From: Eledone cirrhosa
Lineage: Eukaryota
Reading direction: 5' to 3'
Length of the DNA stretch: 64,000 bases
Assembly (NCBI GenBank): GCA_964016885.1
Contig: OZ024743.1
Span: 233,802,001-233,866,000, forward strand
The number at the start of each line of letters is the position of its first letter. Position 1 is the stretch's first letter. Below are positions 11,301 through 25,880 of this stretch, one piece after another. The translations under genes were made by a program, and so were the position numbers. Below the pieces are notes generated by a model, which did no database searches, had not been told where the DNA came from, and saw only the letters and a list, made by a program, of their open reading frames with translations.

Positions 11301-14300
11301 ATGAGTGTCTGCACATGTACCAGTAATTACAGATCGATCCGACCACGGGCGGCCGGCCCGCGATTGAAAAGGTAACTCCGCCGGCAAATCGTCATTTTTG
11401 GATTCGTTTTCTTCGAAGCACACCATTCGCCGGCTGACTTTGTTGATGTTTAACACGGTTTGGTTCCACAGCCACAACTATTGATTTTAAGGAGATATCT
11501 TGCTGAAATTCACGCCACACATAGCCAATGAGTGTCTGCACAGGTACCAGTAATTACAGATCGATCCGACCACGGGCGGCCGGCCCGCGATTGAAAAGGT
11601 AACTCCGCCGGCAAATCGTCATTTTTGGATTCGTTTTCTTCGAAGCACACCATTCGCCGGCGGACTTTGTTGACGTTTAACACGGTTTGGTTCCACAGCC
11701 ACAACTATTGATTTTACGGAGATATCTTGCTGAAATTCACGCCACCCATAGCCAATGAGTGTCTGCACATGTATCAGTAATTACAGATCGATCCGACCAC
11801 GGGCGGCCGGCCCGCGATTGAAAAGGTAACTCCGCCGGCAAATCGTCATTTTTGGATTCGTTTTCTTCGAAGCACACCATTCGCCGGTGGACTTTGTTGA
11901 CGTTTAACACGGTTTGGTTCCACAGCCACAACTATTGATTTTACGGAGATATCTTGCTGAAATTCACGCCACACATAGCCAATGAGTGTCTGCACATGTA
12001 CCAGTAATTACAGATCGATCCGACCACGGGCGGCCGGCCCGCGATTGAAAAGGTAACTCCGCCGGCAAATCGTCATTTTTGGATTCGTTTTCTTCGAAGC
12101 ACACCATTCGCCGGCTGACTTTGTTGATGTTTAACACGGTTTGGTTCCACAGCCACAACTATTGATTTTAAGGAGATATCTTGCTGAAATTCACGCCACA
12201 CATAGCCAATGAGTGTCTGCACAGGTACCAGTAATTACAGATCGATCCGACCACGGGCGGCCGGCCCGCTATTGAAAAGGTAACTCCGCCGGCAAATCGT
12301 CATTTTTGGATTCGTTTTCTTCGAAGCACACCATTCGCCGGCGGACTTTGTTGACGTTTAACACGGTTTGGTTCCACAGCCACAACTATTGATTTTACGG
12401 AGATATCTTGCTGAAATTCACGCCACACATAGCCAATGAGTGTCTGCACAGGTACCAGTAATTACAGATCGATCCGACCACGGGCGGCCGGCCCGCTATT
12501 GAAAAGGTAACTCCGCCGGCAAATCGTCATTTTTGGATTCGTTTTCTTCGAAGCACACCATTCGCCGGCGGACTTTGTTGACGTTTAACACGGTTTGGTT
12601 CCACAGCCACAACTATTGATTTTACGGAGATATCTTGCTGAAATTCACGCCACACATAGCCAATGAGTCTCTGCACATGTACCATTAATTACAGATCGAT
12701 CCGACCACGGGCGGTCGGTTTGCGATTGAAAAGGTAACTCCGCCGGCAAATCGTCATTTTTGGATTCGTTTTCTTCGAAGCACACCATTCGCCGGCTGAC
12801 TTTGTTGACGTTTAACACGGTTTGGTTCCACAGCCACAACTATTGATTTTAAGGAGATATCTTGCTGAAATTCACGCCACACATAGCCAATGAGTGTCTG
12901 CACAGGTACCAGTAATTACAGATCGATCCGACCACGGGCGGCCGGCCCGCGATTGAAAAGGTAACTCCGCCGGCAAATCGTCATTTTTGGATTCGTTTTC
13001 TTCGAAGCACACCATTCGCCGGCGGACTTTGTTGACGTTTAACACGGTTTGGTTCCACAGCCACAACTATTGATTTTACGGAGATATCTTGCTGAAATTC
13101 ACGCCACACATAGCCAATGAGTGTCTGCACATGTACCAGTAATTACAGATCGATCCGACCACGGGCGGCCGGCCCGCGATTGAAAAGGTAACTCCGCCGG
13201 CAAATCGTCATTTTTGGATTCGTTTTCTTCGAAGCACACCATTCGCCGGCGGACTTTGTTGACGTTTAACACGGTTTGGTTCCACAGCCACAACTATTGA
13301 TTTTACGGAGATATCTTGCTGAAATTCACGCCACACATAGCCAATGAGTCTCTGCACATGTACCAGTAATTACAGATCGATCCGACCACGGGCGGTCGGT
13401 TTGCGATTGAAAAGGTAACTCCGCCGGCAAATCGTCATTTTTGGATTCGTTTTCTTCGAAGCACACCATTCGCCGGCGGACTTTGTTGACGTTTAAGACG
13501 GTTTGGTTCCACAGCCACAACTATTGATTTTACGGAGATATCTTCCTGAAATTCACGCCACACATAGCCAATGAGTGTCTGCACATGTACCAGTAATTAC
13601 AGATCGATCCGACCACGGGCGGCCGGCCCGCGATTGAAAAGGTAACTCCGCCGGCAAATCGTCATTTTTGGATTCGTTTTCTTCGAAGCACACCATTCGC
13701 CGACTGACTTTGTTGACGTTTAACACGGTTTGGTTCCACAGCCACAACTATTGATTTTACGGAGATATCTTGCTGAAATTCACGCCACACATAGCCAATG
13801 AGTGTCTGCACATGTACCAGTAATTACAGATCGATCCGACCACGGGCGGCCGGCCCGCGATTGAAAAGGTAACTCCGCCGGCAAATCGTCATTTTTGGAT
13901 TCGTTTTCTTCGAAGCACACCATTCGCCGGCGGACTTTGTTGACGTTTAACACGGTTTGGTTCCACAGCCACAACTATTGATTTTACGGAGATATCTTGC
14001 TGAAATTCACGCCACACATAGCCAATGAGTGTCTGCACATGTACCAGTAATTACAGATCGATCCGACCACGGGCGGTCGGTTTGCGATTGAAAAGGTAAC
14101 TCCGCCGGCAAATCGTCATTTTTGGATTCGTTTTCTTCGAAGCACACCATTCGCCGGCTGACTTTGTTGACGTTTAACACGGTTTGGTTCCACAGCCACA
14201 ACTATTGATTTTACGGAGATATCTTGCTGAAATTCACGCCACACATAGCCAATGAGTGTCTGCACATGTACCAGTAATTACAGATCGATCCGACCACGGG

Positions 14301-15822
14301 CGGTCGGTTTGCGATTGAAAAGGTAACTCCGCCGGCAAATCGTCATTTTTGGATTCGTTTTCTTCGAAGCACACCATTCGCCGGCGGACTTTGTTGACGT
14401 TTAACACGGTTTGGTTCCACAGCCACAACTATTGATTTTACGGAGATATCTTGCTGAAATTCACGCCACACATAGCCAATGAGTGTCTGCACATGTACAA
14501 GTAATTACAGATCGATCCGACCACGGGCGGCCGGCCCGCGATTGAAAAGGTAACTCCGCCGGCAAATCGTCATTTTTGGATTCGTTTTCTTCGAAGCACA
14601 CCATTCGCCGGCGGACTTTGTTGACGTTTAACACGGTTTGGTTCCACAGCCACAACTATTGATTTTACGGAGATATCTTGCTGAAATTCACGCCACACAT
14701 AGCCAATGAGTGTCTGCACATGTACCAGTAATTACAGATCGATCCGACCACGGGCGGCCGGCCCGCGATTGAAAAGGTAACTCCGCCGGCAAATCGTCAT
14801 TTTTGGATTCGTTTTCTTCGAAGCACACCATTCGCCGGCGGACTTTGTTGACGTTTAACACGGTTTGGTTCCACAGCCACAACTATTGATTTTACGGAGA
14901 TATCTTGCTGAAATTCACGCCACACATAGCCAATGAGTCTCTGCACATGTACCATTAATTACAGATCGATCCGACCACGGGCGGTCGGTTTGCGATTGAA
15001 AAGGTAACTCCGCCGGCAAATCGTCATTTTTGGATTCGTTTTCTTCGAAGCACACCATTCGCCGGCTGACTTTGTTGACGTTTAACACGGTTTGGTTCCA
15101 CAGCCACAACTATTGATTTTAAGGAGATATCTTGCTGAAATTCACGCCACACATAGCCAATGAGTGTCTGCACAGGTACCAGTAATTACAGATCGATCCG
15201 ACCACGGGCGGCCGGCCCGCGATTGAAAAGGTAACTCCGCCGGCAAATCGTCATTTTTGGATTCGTTTTCTTCGAAGCACACCATTCGCCGGCGGACTTT
15301 GTTGACGTTTAACACGGTTTGGTTCCACAGCCACAACTATTGATTTTACGGAGATATCTTGCTGAAATTCACGCCACCCATAGCCAATGAGTGTCTGCAC
15401 ATGTATCAGTAATTACAGATCGATCCGACCACGGGCGGCCGGCCCGCGATTGAAAAGGTAACTCCGCCGGCAAATCGTCATTTTTGGATTCGTTTTCTTC
15501 GAAGCACACCATTCGCCGGTGGACTTTGTTGACGTTTAACACGGTTTGGTTCCACAGCCACAACTATTGATTTTACGGAGATATCTTGCTGAAATTCACG
15601 CCACACATAGCCAATGAGTGTCTGCACATGTACCAGTAATTACAGATCGATCCGACCACGGGCGGCCGGCCCGCGATTGAAAAGGTAACTCCGCCGGCAA
15701 ATCGTCATTTTTGGATTCGTTTTCTTCGAAGCACACCATTCGCCGGCTGACTTTGTTGATGTTTAACACGGTTTGGTTCCACAGCCACAACTATTGATTT
15801 TAAGGAGATATCTTGCTGAAAT
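8332..15822. repeat. 14-monomer block repeated at a 19-monomer (4313-bp) offset, with internal 3-mer and 1-mer duplications
   Basis: The variant order at 8332-11509 recurs at 12645-15822. The triplet 10829-11509 is duplicated at 11510-12190, and the CCGCTA unit is doubled at 12191 and 12418. Confidence 0.88.
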
Positions 15823-18800
15823 TCACGCCACACATAGCCAATGAGTGTCTGCACAGGTACCAGTAATTACAGATCGATCCGACCACGGGCGGCCGGCCCG
15901 CTATTGAAAAGGTAACTCCGCCGGCAAATCGTCATTTTTGGATTCGTTTTCTTCGAAGCACACCATTCGCCGGCGGACTTTGTTGACGTTTAACACGGTT
16001 TGGTTCCACAGCCACAACTATTGATTTTACGGAGATATCTTGCTGAAATTCACGCCACACATAGCCAATGAGTGTCTGCACATGTACCAGTAATTACAGA
16101 TCGATCCGACCACGGGCGGCCGGCCCGCGATTGAAAAGGTAACTCCGCCGGCAAATCGTCATTTTTGGATTCGTTTTCTTCGAAGCACACCATTCGCCGG
16201 CGGACTTTGTTGACGTTTAACACGGTTTGGTTCCACAGCCACAACTATTGATTTTACGGAGATATCTTGCTGAAATTCACGCCACACATAGCCAATGAGT
16301 GTCTGCACATGTACCAGTAATTACAGATCGATCCGACCACGGGCGGTCGGTTTGCGATTGAAAAGGTAACTCCGCCGGCAAATCGTCATTTTTGGATTCG
16401 TTTTCTTCGAAGCACACCATTCGCCGGCGGACTTTGTTGACGTTTAACACGGTTTGGTTCCACAGCCACAACTATTGATTTTACGGAGATATCTTGCTGA
16501 AATTCACGCCACACATAGCCAATGAGTGTCTGCACATGTACCATTAATTACAGATCGATCCGACCACGGGCGGTCGGTTTGCGATTGAAAAGGTAACTCC
16601 GCCGGCAAATCGTCATTTTTGGATTCGTTTTCTTCGAAGCACACCATTCGCCGGCTGACTTTGTTGACGTTTAACACGGTTTGGTTCCACAGCCACAACT
16701 ATTGATTTTAAGGAGATATCTTGCTGAAATTCACGCCACACATAGCCAATGAGTGTCTGCACAGGTACCAGTAATTACAGATCGATCCGACCACGGGCGG
16801 CCGGCCCGCGATTGAAAAGGTAACTCCGCCGGCAAATCGTCATTTTTGGATTCGTTTTCTTCGAAGCACACCATTCGCCGGCGGACTTTGTTGACGTTTA
16901 ACACGGTTTGGTTCCACAGCCACAACTATTGATTTTACGGAGATATCTTGCTGAAATTCACGCCACCCATAGCCAATGAGTGTCTGCACATGTATCAGTA
17001 ATTACAGATCGATCCGACCACGGGCGGCCGGCCCGCGATTGAAAAGGTAACTCCGCCGGCAAATCGTCATTTTTGGATTCGTTTTCTTCGAAGCACACCA
17101 TTCGCCGGCGGACTTTGTTGACGTTTAACACGGTTTGGTTCCACAGCCACAACTATTGATTTTACGGAGATATCTTGCTGAAATTCACGCCACACATAGC
17201 CAATGAGTGTCTGCACATGTACCAGTAATTACAGATCGATCCGACCACGGGCGGCCGGCCCGCGATTGAAAAGGTAACTCCGCCGGCAAATCGTCATTTT
17301 TGGATTCGTTTTCTTCGAAGCACACCATTCGCCGGCTGACTTTGTTGATGTTTAACACGGTTTGGTTCCACAGCCACAACTATTGATTTTAAGGAGATAT
17401 CTTGCTGAAATTCACGCCACACATAGCCAATGAGTGTCTGCACAGGTACCAGTAATTACAGATCGATCCGACCACGGGCGGTCGGTTTGCGATTGAAAAG
17501 GTAACTCCGCCGGCAAATCGTCATTTTTGGATTCGTTTTCTTCGAAGCACACCATTCGCCGGCGGACTTTGTTGACGTTTAAGACGGTTTGGTTCCACAG
17601 CCACAACTATTGATTTTACGGAGATATCTTCCTGAAATTCACGCCACACATAGCCAATGAGTGTCTGCACATGTACCAGTAATTACAGATCGATCCGACC
17701 ACGGGCGGCCGGCCCGCGATTGAAAAGGTAACTCCGCCGGCAAATCGTCATTTTTGGATTCGTTTTCTTCGAAGCACACCATTCGCCGACTGACTTTGTT
17801 GACGTTTAAGACGGTTTGGTTCCACAGCCACAACTATTGATTTTACGGAGATATCTTGCTGAAATTCACGCCACACATAGCCAATGAGTGTCTGCACATG
17901 TACCAGTAATTACAGATCGATCCGACCACGGGCGGCCGGCCCGCGATTGAAAAGGTAACTCCGCCGGCAAATCGTCATTTTTGGATTCGTTTTCTTCGAA
18001 GCACACCATTCGCCGGCGGACTTTGTTGACGTTTAACACGGTTTGGTTCCACAGCCACAACTATTGATTTTACGGAGATATCTTGCTGAAATTCACGCCA
18101 CACATAGCCAATGAGTGTCTGCACATGTACCAGTAATTACAGATCGATCCGACCACGGGCGGTCGGTTTGCGATTGAAAAGGTAACTCCGCCGGCAAATC
18201 GTCATTTTTGGATTCGTTTTCTTCGAAGCACACCATTCGCCGGCTGACTTTGTTGACGTTTAACACGGTTTGGTTCCACAGCCACAACTATTGATTTTAC
18301 GGAGATATCTTGCTGAAATTCACGCCACACATAGCCAATGAGTGTCTGCACATGTACCAGTAATTACAGATCGATCCGACCACGGGCGGTCGGTTTGCGA
18401 TTGAAAAGGTAACTCCGCCGGCAAATCGTCATTTTTGGATTCGTTTTCTTCGAAGCACACCATTCGCCGGCGGACTTTGTTGACGTTTAACACGGTTTGG
18501 TTCCACAGCCACAACTATTGATTTTACGGAGATATCTTGCTGAAATTCACGCCACACATAGCCAATGAGTGTCTGCACATGTACAAGTAATTACAGATCG
18601 ATCCGACCACGGGCGGCCGGCCCGCGATTGAAAAGGTAACTCCGCCGGCAAATCGTCATTTTTGGATTCGTTTTCTTCGAAGCACACCATTCGCCGGCGG
18701 ACTTTGTTGACGTTTAACACGGTTTGGTTCCACAGCCACAACTATTGATTTTACGGAGATATCTTGCTGAAATTCACGCCACACATAGCCAATGAGTGTC

Positions 18801-21800
18801 TGCACATGTACCAGTAATTACAGATCGATCCGACCACGGGCGGCCGGCCCGCGATTGAAAAGGTAACTCCGCCGGCAAATCGTCATTTTTGGATTCGTTT
18901 TCTTCGAAGCACACCATTCGCCGGCGGACTTTGTTGACGTTTAACACGGTTTGGTTCCACAGCCACAACTATTGATTTTACGGAGATATCTTGCTGAAAT
19001 TCACGCCACACATAGCCAATGAGTCTCTGCACATGTACCATTAATTACAGATCGATCCGACCACGGGCGGTCGGTTTGCGATTGAAAAGGTAACTCCGCC
19101 GGCAAATCGTCATTTTTGGATTCGTTTTCTTCGAAGCACACCATTCGCCGGCTGACTTTGTTGACGTTTAACACGGTTTGGTTCCACAGCCACAACTATT
19201 GATTTTAAGGAGATATCTTGCTGAAATTCACGCCACACATAGCCAATGAGTGTCTGCACAGGTACCAGTAATTACAGATCGATCCGACCACGGGCGGCCG
19301 GCCCGCGATTGAAAAGGTAACTCCGCCGGCAAATCGTCATTTTTGGATTCGTTTTCTTCGAAGCACACCATTCGCCGGCGGACTTTGTTGACGTTTAACA
19401 CGGTTTGGTTCCACAGCCACAACTATTGATTTTACGGAGATATCTTGCTGAAATTCACGCCACCCATAGCCAATGAGTGTCTGCACATGTATCAGTAATT
19501 ACAGATCGATCCGACCACGGGCGGCCGGCCCGCGATTGAAAAGGTAACTCCGCCGGCAAATCGTCATTTTTGGATTCGTTTTCTTCGAAGCACACCATTC
19601 GCCGGTGGACTTTGTTGACGTTTAACACGGTTTGGTTCCACAGCCACAACTATTGATTTTACGGAGATATCTTGCTGAAATTCACGCCACACATAGCCAA
19701 TGAGTGTCTGCACATGTACCAGTAATTACAGATCGATCCGACCACGGGCGGCCGGCCCGCGATTGAAAAGGTAACTCCGCCGGCAAATCGTCATTTTTGG
19801 ATTCGTTTTCTTCGAAGCACACCATTCGCCGGCTGACTTTGTTGATGTTTAACACGGTTTGGTTCCACAGCCACAACTATTGATTTTAAGGAGATATCTT
19901 GCTGAAATTCACGCCACACATAGCCAATGAGTGTCTGCACAGGTACCAGTAATTACAGATCGATCCGACCACGGGCGGCCGGCCCGCGATTGAAAAGGTA
20001 ACTCCGCCGGCAAATCGTCATTTTTGGATTCGTTTTCTTCGAAGCACACCATTCGCCGGCGGACTTTGTTGACGTTTAACACGGTTTGGTTCCACAGCCA
20101 CAACTATTGATTTTACGGAGATATCTTGCTGAAATTCACGCCACCCATAGCCAATGAGTGTCTGCACATGTATCAGTAATTACAGATCGATCCGACCACG
20201 GGCGGCCGGCCCGCGATTGAAAAGGTAACTCCGCCGGCAAATCGTCATTTTTGGATTCGTTTTCTTCGAAGCACACCATTCGCCGGTGGACTTTGTTGAC
20301 GTTTAACACGGTTTGGTTCCACAGCCACAACTATTGATTTTACGGAGATATCTTGCTGAAATTCACGCCACACATAGCCAATGAGTGTCTGCACATGTAC
20401 CAGTAATTACAGATCGATCCGACCACGGGCGGCCGGCCCGCGATTGAAAAGGTAACTCCGCCGGCAAATCGTCATTTTTGGATTCGTTTTCTTCGAAGCA
20501 CACCATTCGCCGGCTGACTTTGTTGATGTTTAACACGGTTTGGTTCCACAGCCACAACTATTGATTTTAAGGAGATATCTTGCTGAAATTCACGCCACAC
20601 ATAGCCAATGAGTGTCTGCACAGGTACCAGTAATTACAGATCGATCCGACCACGGGCGGCCGGCCCGCTATTGAAAAGGTAACTCCGCCGGCAAATCGTC
20701 ATTTTTGGATTCGTTTTCTTCGAAGCACACCATTCGCCGGCGGACTTTGTTGACGTTTAACACGGTTTGGTTCCACAGCCACAACTATTGATTTTACGGA
20801 GATATCTTGCTGAAATTCACGCCACACATAGCCAATGAGTGTCTGCACAGGTACCAGTAATTACAGATCGATCCGACCACGGGCGGCCGGCCCGCTATTG
20901 AAAAGGTAACTCCGCCGGCAAATCGTCATTTTTGGATTCGTTTTCTTCGAAGCACACCATTCGCCGGCGGACTTTGTTGACGTTTAACACGGTTTGGTTC
21001 CACAGCCACAACTATTGATTTTACGGAGATATCTTGCTGAAATTCACGCCACACATAGCCAATGAGTCTCTGCACATGTACCATTAATTACAGATCGATC
21101 CGACCACGGGCGGTCGGTTTGCGATTGAAAAGGTAACTCCGCCGGCAAATCGTCATTTTTGGATTCGTTTTCTTCGAAGCACACCATTCGCCGGCTGACT
21201 TTGTTGACGTTTAACACGGTTTGGTTCCACAGCCACAACTATTGATTTTAAGGAGATATCTTGCTGAAATTCACGCCACACATAGCCAATGAGTGTCTGC
21301 ACAGGTACCAGTAATTACAGATCGATCCGACCACGGGCGGCCGGCCCGCGATTGAAAAGGTAACTCCGCCGGCAAATCGTCATTTTTGGATTCGTTTTCT
21401 TCGAAGCACACCATTCGCCGGCGGACTTTGTTGACGTTTAACACGGTTTGGTTCCACAGCCACAACTATTGATTTTACGGAGATATCTTGCTGAAATTCA
21501 CGCCACACATAGCCAATGAGTGTCTGCACATGTACCAGTAATTACAGATCGATCCGACCACGGGCGGCCGGCCCGCGATTGAAAAGGTAACTCCGCCGGC
21601 AAATCGTCATTTTTGGATTCGTTTTCTTCGAAGCACACCATTCGCCGGCGGACTTTGTTGACGTTTAACACGGTTTGGTTCCACAGCCACAACTATTGAT
21701 TTTACGGAGATATCTTGCTGAAATTCACGCCACACATAGCCAATGAGTCTCTGCACATGTACCAGTAATTACAGATCGATCCGACCACGGGCGGTCGGTT

Positions 21801-24800
21801 TGCGATTGAAAAGGTAACTCCGCCGGCAAATCGTCATTTTTGGATTCGTTTTCTTCGAAGCACACCATTCGCCGGCGGACTTTGTTGACGTTTAAGACGG
21901 TTTGGTTCCACAGCCACAACTATTGATTTTACGGAGATATCTTCCTGAAATTCACGCCACACATAGCCAATGAGTGTCTGCACATGTACCAGTAATTACA
22001 GATCGATCCGACCACGGGCGGCCGGCCCGCGATTGAAAAGGTAACTCCGCCGGCAAATCGTCATTTTTGGATTCGTTTTCTTCGAAGCACACCATTCGCC
22101 GACTGACTTTGTTGACGTTTAACACGGTTTGGTTCCACAGCCACAACTATTGATTTTACGGAGATATCTTGCTGAAATTCACGCCACACATAGCCAATGA
22201 GTGTCTGCACATGTACCAGTAATTACAGATCGATCCGACCACGGGCGGCCGGCCCGCGATTGAAAAGGTAACTCCGCCGGCAAATCGTCATTTTTGGATT
22301 CGTTTTCTTCGAAGCACACCATTCGCCGGCGGACTTTGTTGACGTTTAACACGGTTTGGTTCCACAGCCACAACTATTGATTTTACGGAGATATCTTGCT
22401 GAAATTCACGCCACACATAGCCAATGAGTGTCTGCACATGTACCAGTAATTACAGATCGATCCGACCACGGGCGGTCGGTTTGCGATTGAAAAGGTAACT
22501 CCGCCGGCAAATCGTCATTTTTGGATTCGTTTTCTTCGAAGCACACCATTCGCCGGCTGACTTTGTTGACGTTTAACACGGTTTGGTTCCACAGCCACAA
22601 CTATTGATTTTACGGAGATATCTTGCTGAAATTCACGCCACACATAGCCAATGAGTGTCTGCACATGTACCAGTAATTACAGATCGATCCGACCACGGGC
22701 GGTCGGTTTGCGATTGAAAAGGTAACTCCGCCGGCAAATCGTCATTTTTGGATTCGTTTTCTTCGAAGCACACCATTCGCCGGCGGACTTTGTTGACGTT
22801 TAACACGGTTTGGTTCCACAGCCACAACTATTGATTTTACGGAGATATCTTGCTGAAATTCACGCCACACATAGCCAATGAGTGTCTGCACATGTACAAG
22901 TAATTACAGATCGATCCGACCACGGGCGGCCGGCCCGCGATTGAAAAGGTAACTCCGCCGGCAAATCGTCATTTTTGGATTCGTTTTCTTCGAAGCACAC
23001 CATTCGCCGGCGGACTTTGTTGACGTTTAACACGGTTTGGTTCCACAGCCACAACTATTGATTTTACGGAGATATCTTGCTGAAATTCACGCCACACATA
23101 GCCAATGAGTGTCTGCACATGTACCAGTAATTACAGATCGATCCGACCACGGGCGGCCGGCCCGCGATTGAAAAGGTAACTCCGCCGGCAAATCGTCATT
23201 TTTGGATTCGTTTTCTTCGAAGCACACCATTCGCCGGCGGACTTTGTTGACGTTTAACACGGTTTGGTTCCACAGCCACAACTATTGATTTTACGGAGAT
23301 ATCTTGCTGAAATTCACGCCACACATAGCCAATGAGTCTCTGCACATGTACCATTAATTACAGATCGATCCGACCACGGGCGGTCGGTTTGCGATTGAAA
23401 AGGTAACTCCGCCGGCAAATCGTCATTTTTGGATTCGTTTTCTTCGAAGCACACCATTCGCCGGCTGACTTTGTTGACGTTTAACACGGTTTGGTTCCAC
23501 AGCCACAACTATTGATTTTAAGGAGATATCTTGCTGAAATTCACGCCACACATAGCCAATGAGTGTCTGCACAGGTACCAGTAATTACAGATCGATCCGA
23601 CCACGGGCGGCCGGCCCGCGATTGAAAAGGTAACTCCGCCGGCAAATCGTCATTTTTGGATTCGTTTTCTTCGAAGCACACCATTCGCCGGCGGACTTTG
23701 TTGACGTTTAACACGGTTTGGTTCCACAGCCACAACTATTGATTTTACGGAGATATCTTGCTGAAATTCACGCCACCCATAGCCAATGAGTGTCTGCACA
23801 TGTATCAGTAATTACAGATCGATCCGACCACGGGCGGCCGGCCCGCGATTGAAAAGGTAACTCCGCCGGCAAATCGTCATTTTTGGATTCGTTTTCTTCG
23901 AAGCACACCATTCGCCGGTGGACTTTGTTGACGTTTAACACGGTTTGGTTCCACAGCCACAACTATTGATTTTACGGAGATATCTTGCTGAAATTCACGC
24001 CACACATAGCCAATGAGTGTCTGCACATGTACCAGTAATTACAGATCGATCCGACCACGGGCGGCCGGCCCGCGATTGAAAAGGTAACTCCGCCGGCAAA
24101 TCGTCATTTTTGGATTCGTTTTCTTCGAAGCACACCATTCGCCGGCTGACTTTGTTGATGTTTAACACGGTTTGGTTCCACAGCCACAACTATTGATTTT
24201 AAGGAGATATCTTGCTGAAATTCACGCCACACATAGCCAATGAGTGTCTGCACAGGTACCAGTAATTACAGATCGATCCGACCACGGGCGGCCGGCCCGC
24301 TATTGAAAAGGTAACTCCGCCGGCAAATCGTCATTTTTGGATTCGTTTTCTTCGAAGCACACCATTCGCCGGCGGACTTTGTTGACGTTTAACACGGTTT
24401 GGTTCCACAGCCACAACTATTGATTTTACGGAGATATCTTGCTGAAATTCACGCCACACATAGCCAATGAGTGTCTGCACATGTACCAGTAATTACAGAT
24501 CGATCCGACCACGGGCGGCCGGCCCGCGATTGAAAAGGTAACTCCGCCGGCAAATCGTCATTTTTGGATTCGTTTTCTTCGAAGCACACCATTCGCCGGC
24601 GGACTTTGTTGACGTTTAACACGGTTTGGTTCCACAGCCACAACTATTGATTTTACGGAGATATCTTGCTGAAATTCACGCCACACATAGCCAATGAGTG
24701 TCTGCACATGTACCAGTAATTACAGATCGATCCGACCACGGGCGGTCGGTTTGCGATTGAAAAGGTAACTCCGCCGGCAAATCGTCATTTTTGGATTCGT

Positions 24801-25880
24801 TTTCTTCGAAGCACACCATTCGCCGGCGGACTTTGTTGACGTTTAACACGGTTTGGTTCCACAGCCACAACTATTGATTTTACGGAGATATCTTGCTGAA
24901 ATTCACGCCACACATAGCCAATGAGTGTCTGCACATGTACCATTAATTACAGATCGATCCGACCACGGGCGGTCGGTTTGCGATTGAAAAGGTAACTCCG
25001 CCGGCAAATCGTCATTTTTGGATTCGTTTTCTTCGAAGCACACCATTCGCCGGCTGACTTTGTTGACGTTTAACACGGTTTGGTTCCACAGCCACAACTA
25101 TTGATTTTAAGGAGATATCTTGCTGAAATTCACGCCACACATAGCCAATGAGTGTCTGCACAGGTACCAGTAATTACAGATCGATCCGACCACGGGCGGC
25201 CGGCCCGCGATTGAAAAGGTAACTCCGCCGGCAAATCGTCATTTTTGGATTCGTTTTCTTCGAAGCACACCATTCGCCGGCGGACTTTGTTGACGTTTAA
25301 CACGGTTTGGTTCCACAGCCACAACTATTGATTTTACGGAGATATCTTGCTGAAATTCACGCCACCCATAGCCAATGAGTGTCTGCACATGTATCAGTAA
25401 TTACAGATCGATCCGACCACGGGCGGCCGGCCCGCGATTGAAAAGGTAACTCCGCCGGCAAATCGTCATTTTTGGATTCGTTTTCTTCGAAGCACACCAT
25501 TCGCCGGCGGACTTTGTTGACGTTTAACACGGTTTGGTTCCACAGCCACAACTATTGATTTTACGGAGATATCTTGCTGAAATTCACGCCACACATAGCC
25601 AATGAGTGTCTGCACATGTACCAGTAATTACAGATCGATCCGACCACGGGCGGCCGGCCCGCGATTGAAAAGGTAACTCCGCCGGCAAATCGTCATTTTT
25701 GGATTCGTTTTCTTCGAAGCACACCATTCGCCGGCTGACTTTGTTGATGTTTAACACGGTTTGGTTCCACAGCCACAACTATTGATTTTAAGGAGATATC
25801 TTGCTGAAATTCACGCCACACATAGCCAATGAGTGTCTGCACAGGTACCAGTAATTACAGATCGATCCGACCACGGGCGG
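9046..25880. repeat. 37-monomer (8399-bp) tandem segmental duplication, two copies
   Basis: All diagnostic units recur at +8399: 9240/17639, 10148/18547, 11056/19455, 12191/20590, 12418/20817, 15369/23768, 16504/24903, 16958/25357. Confidence 0.93.
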
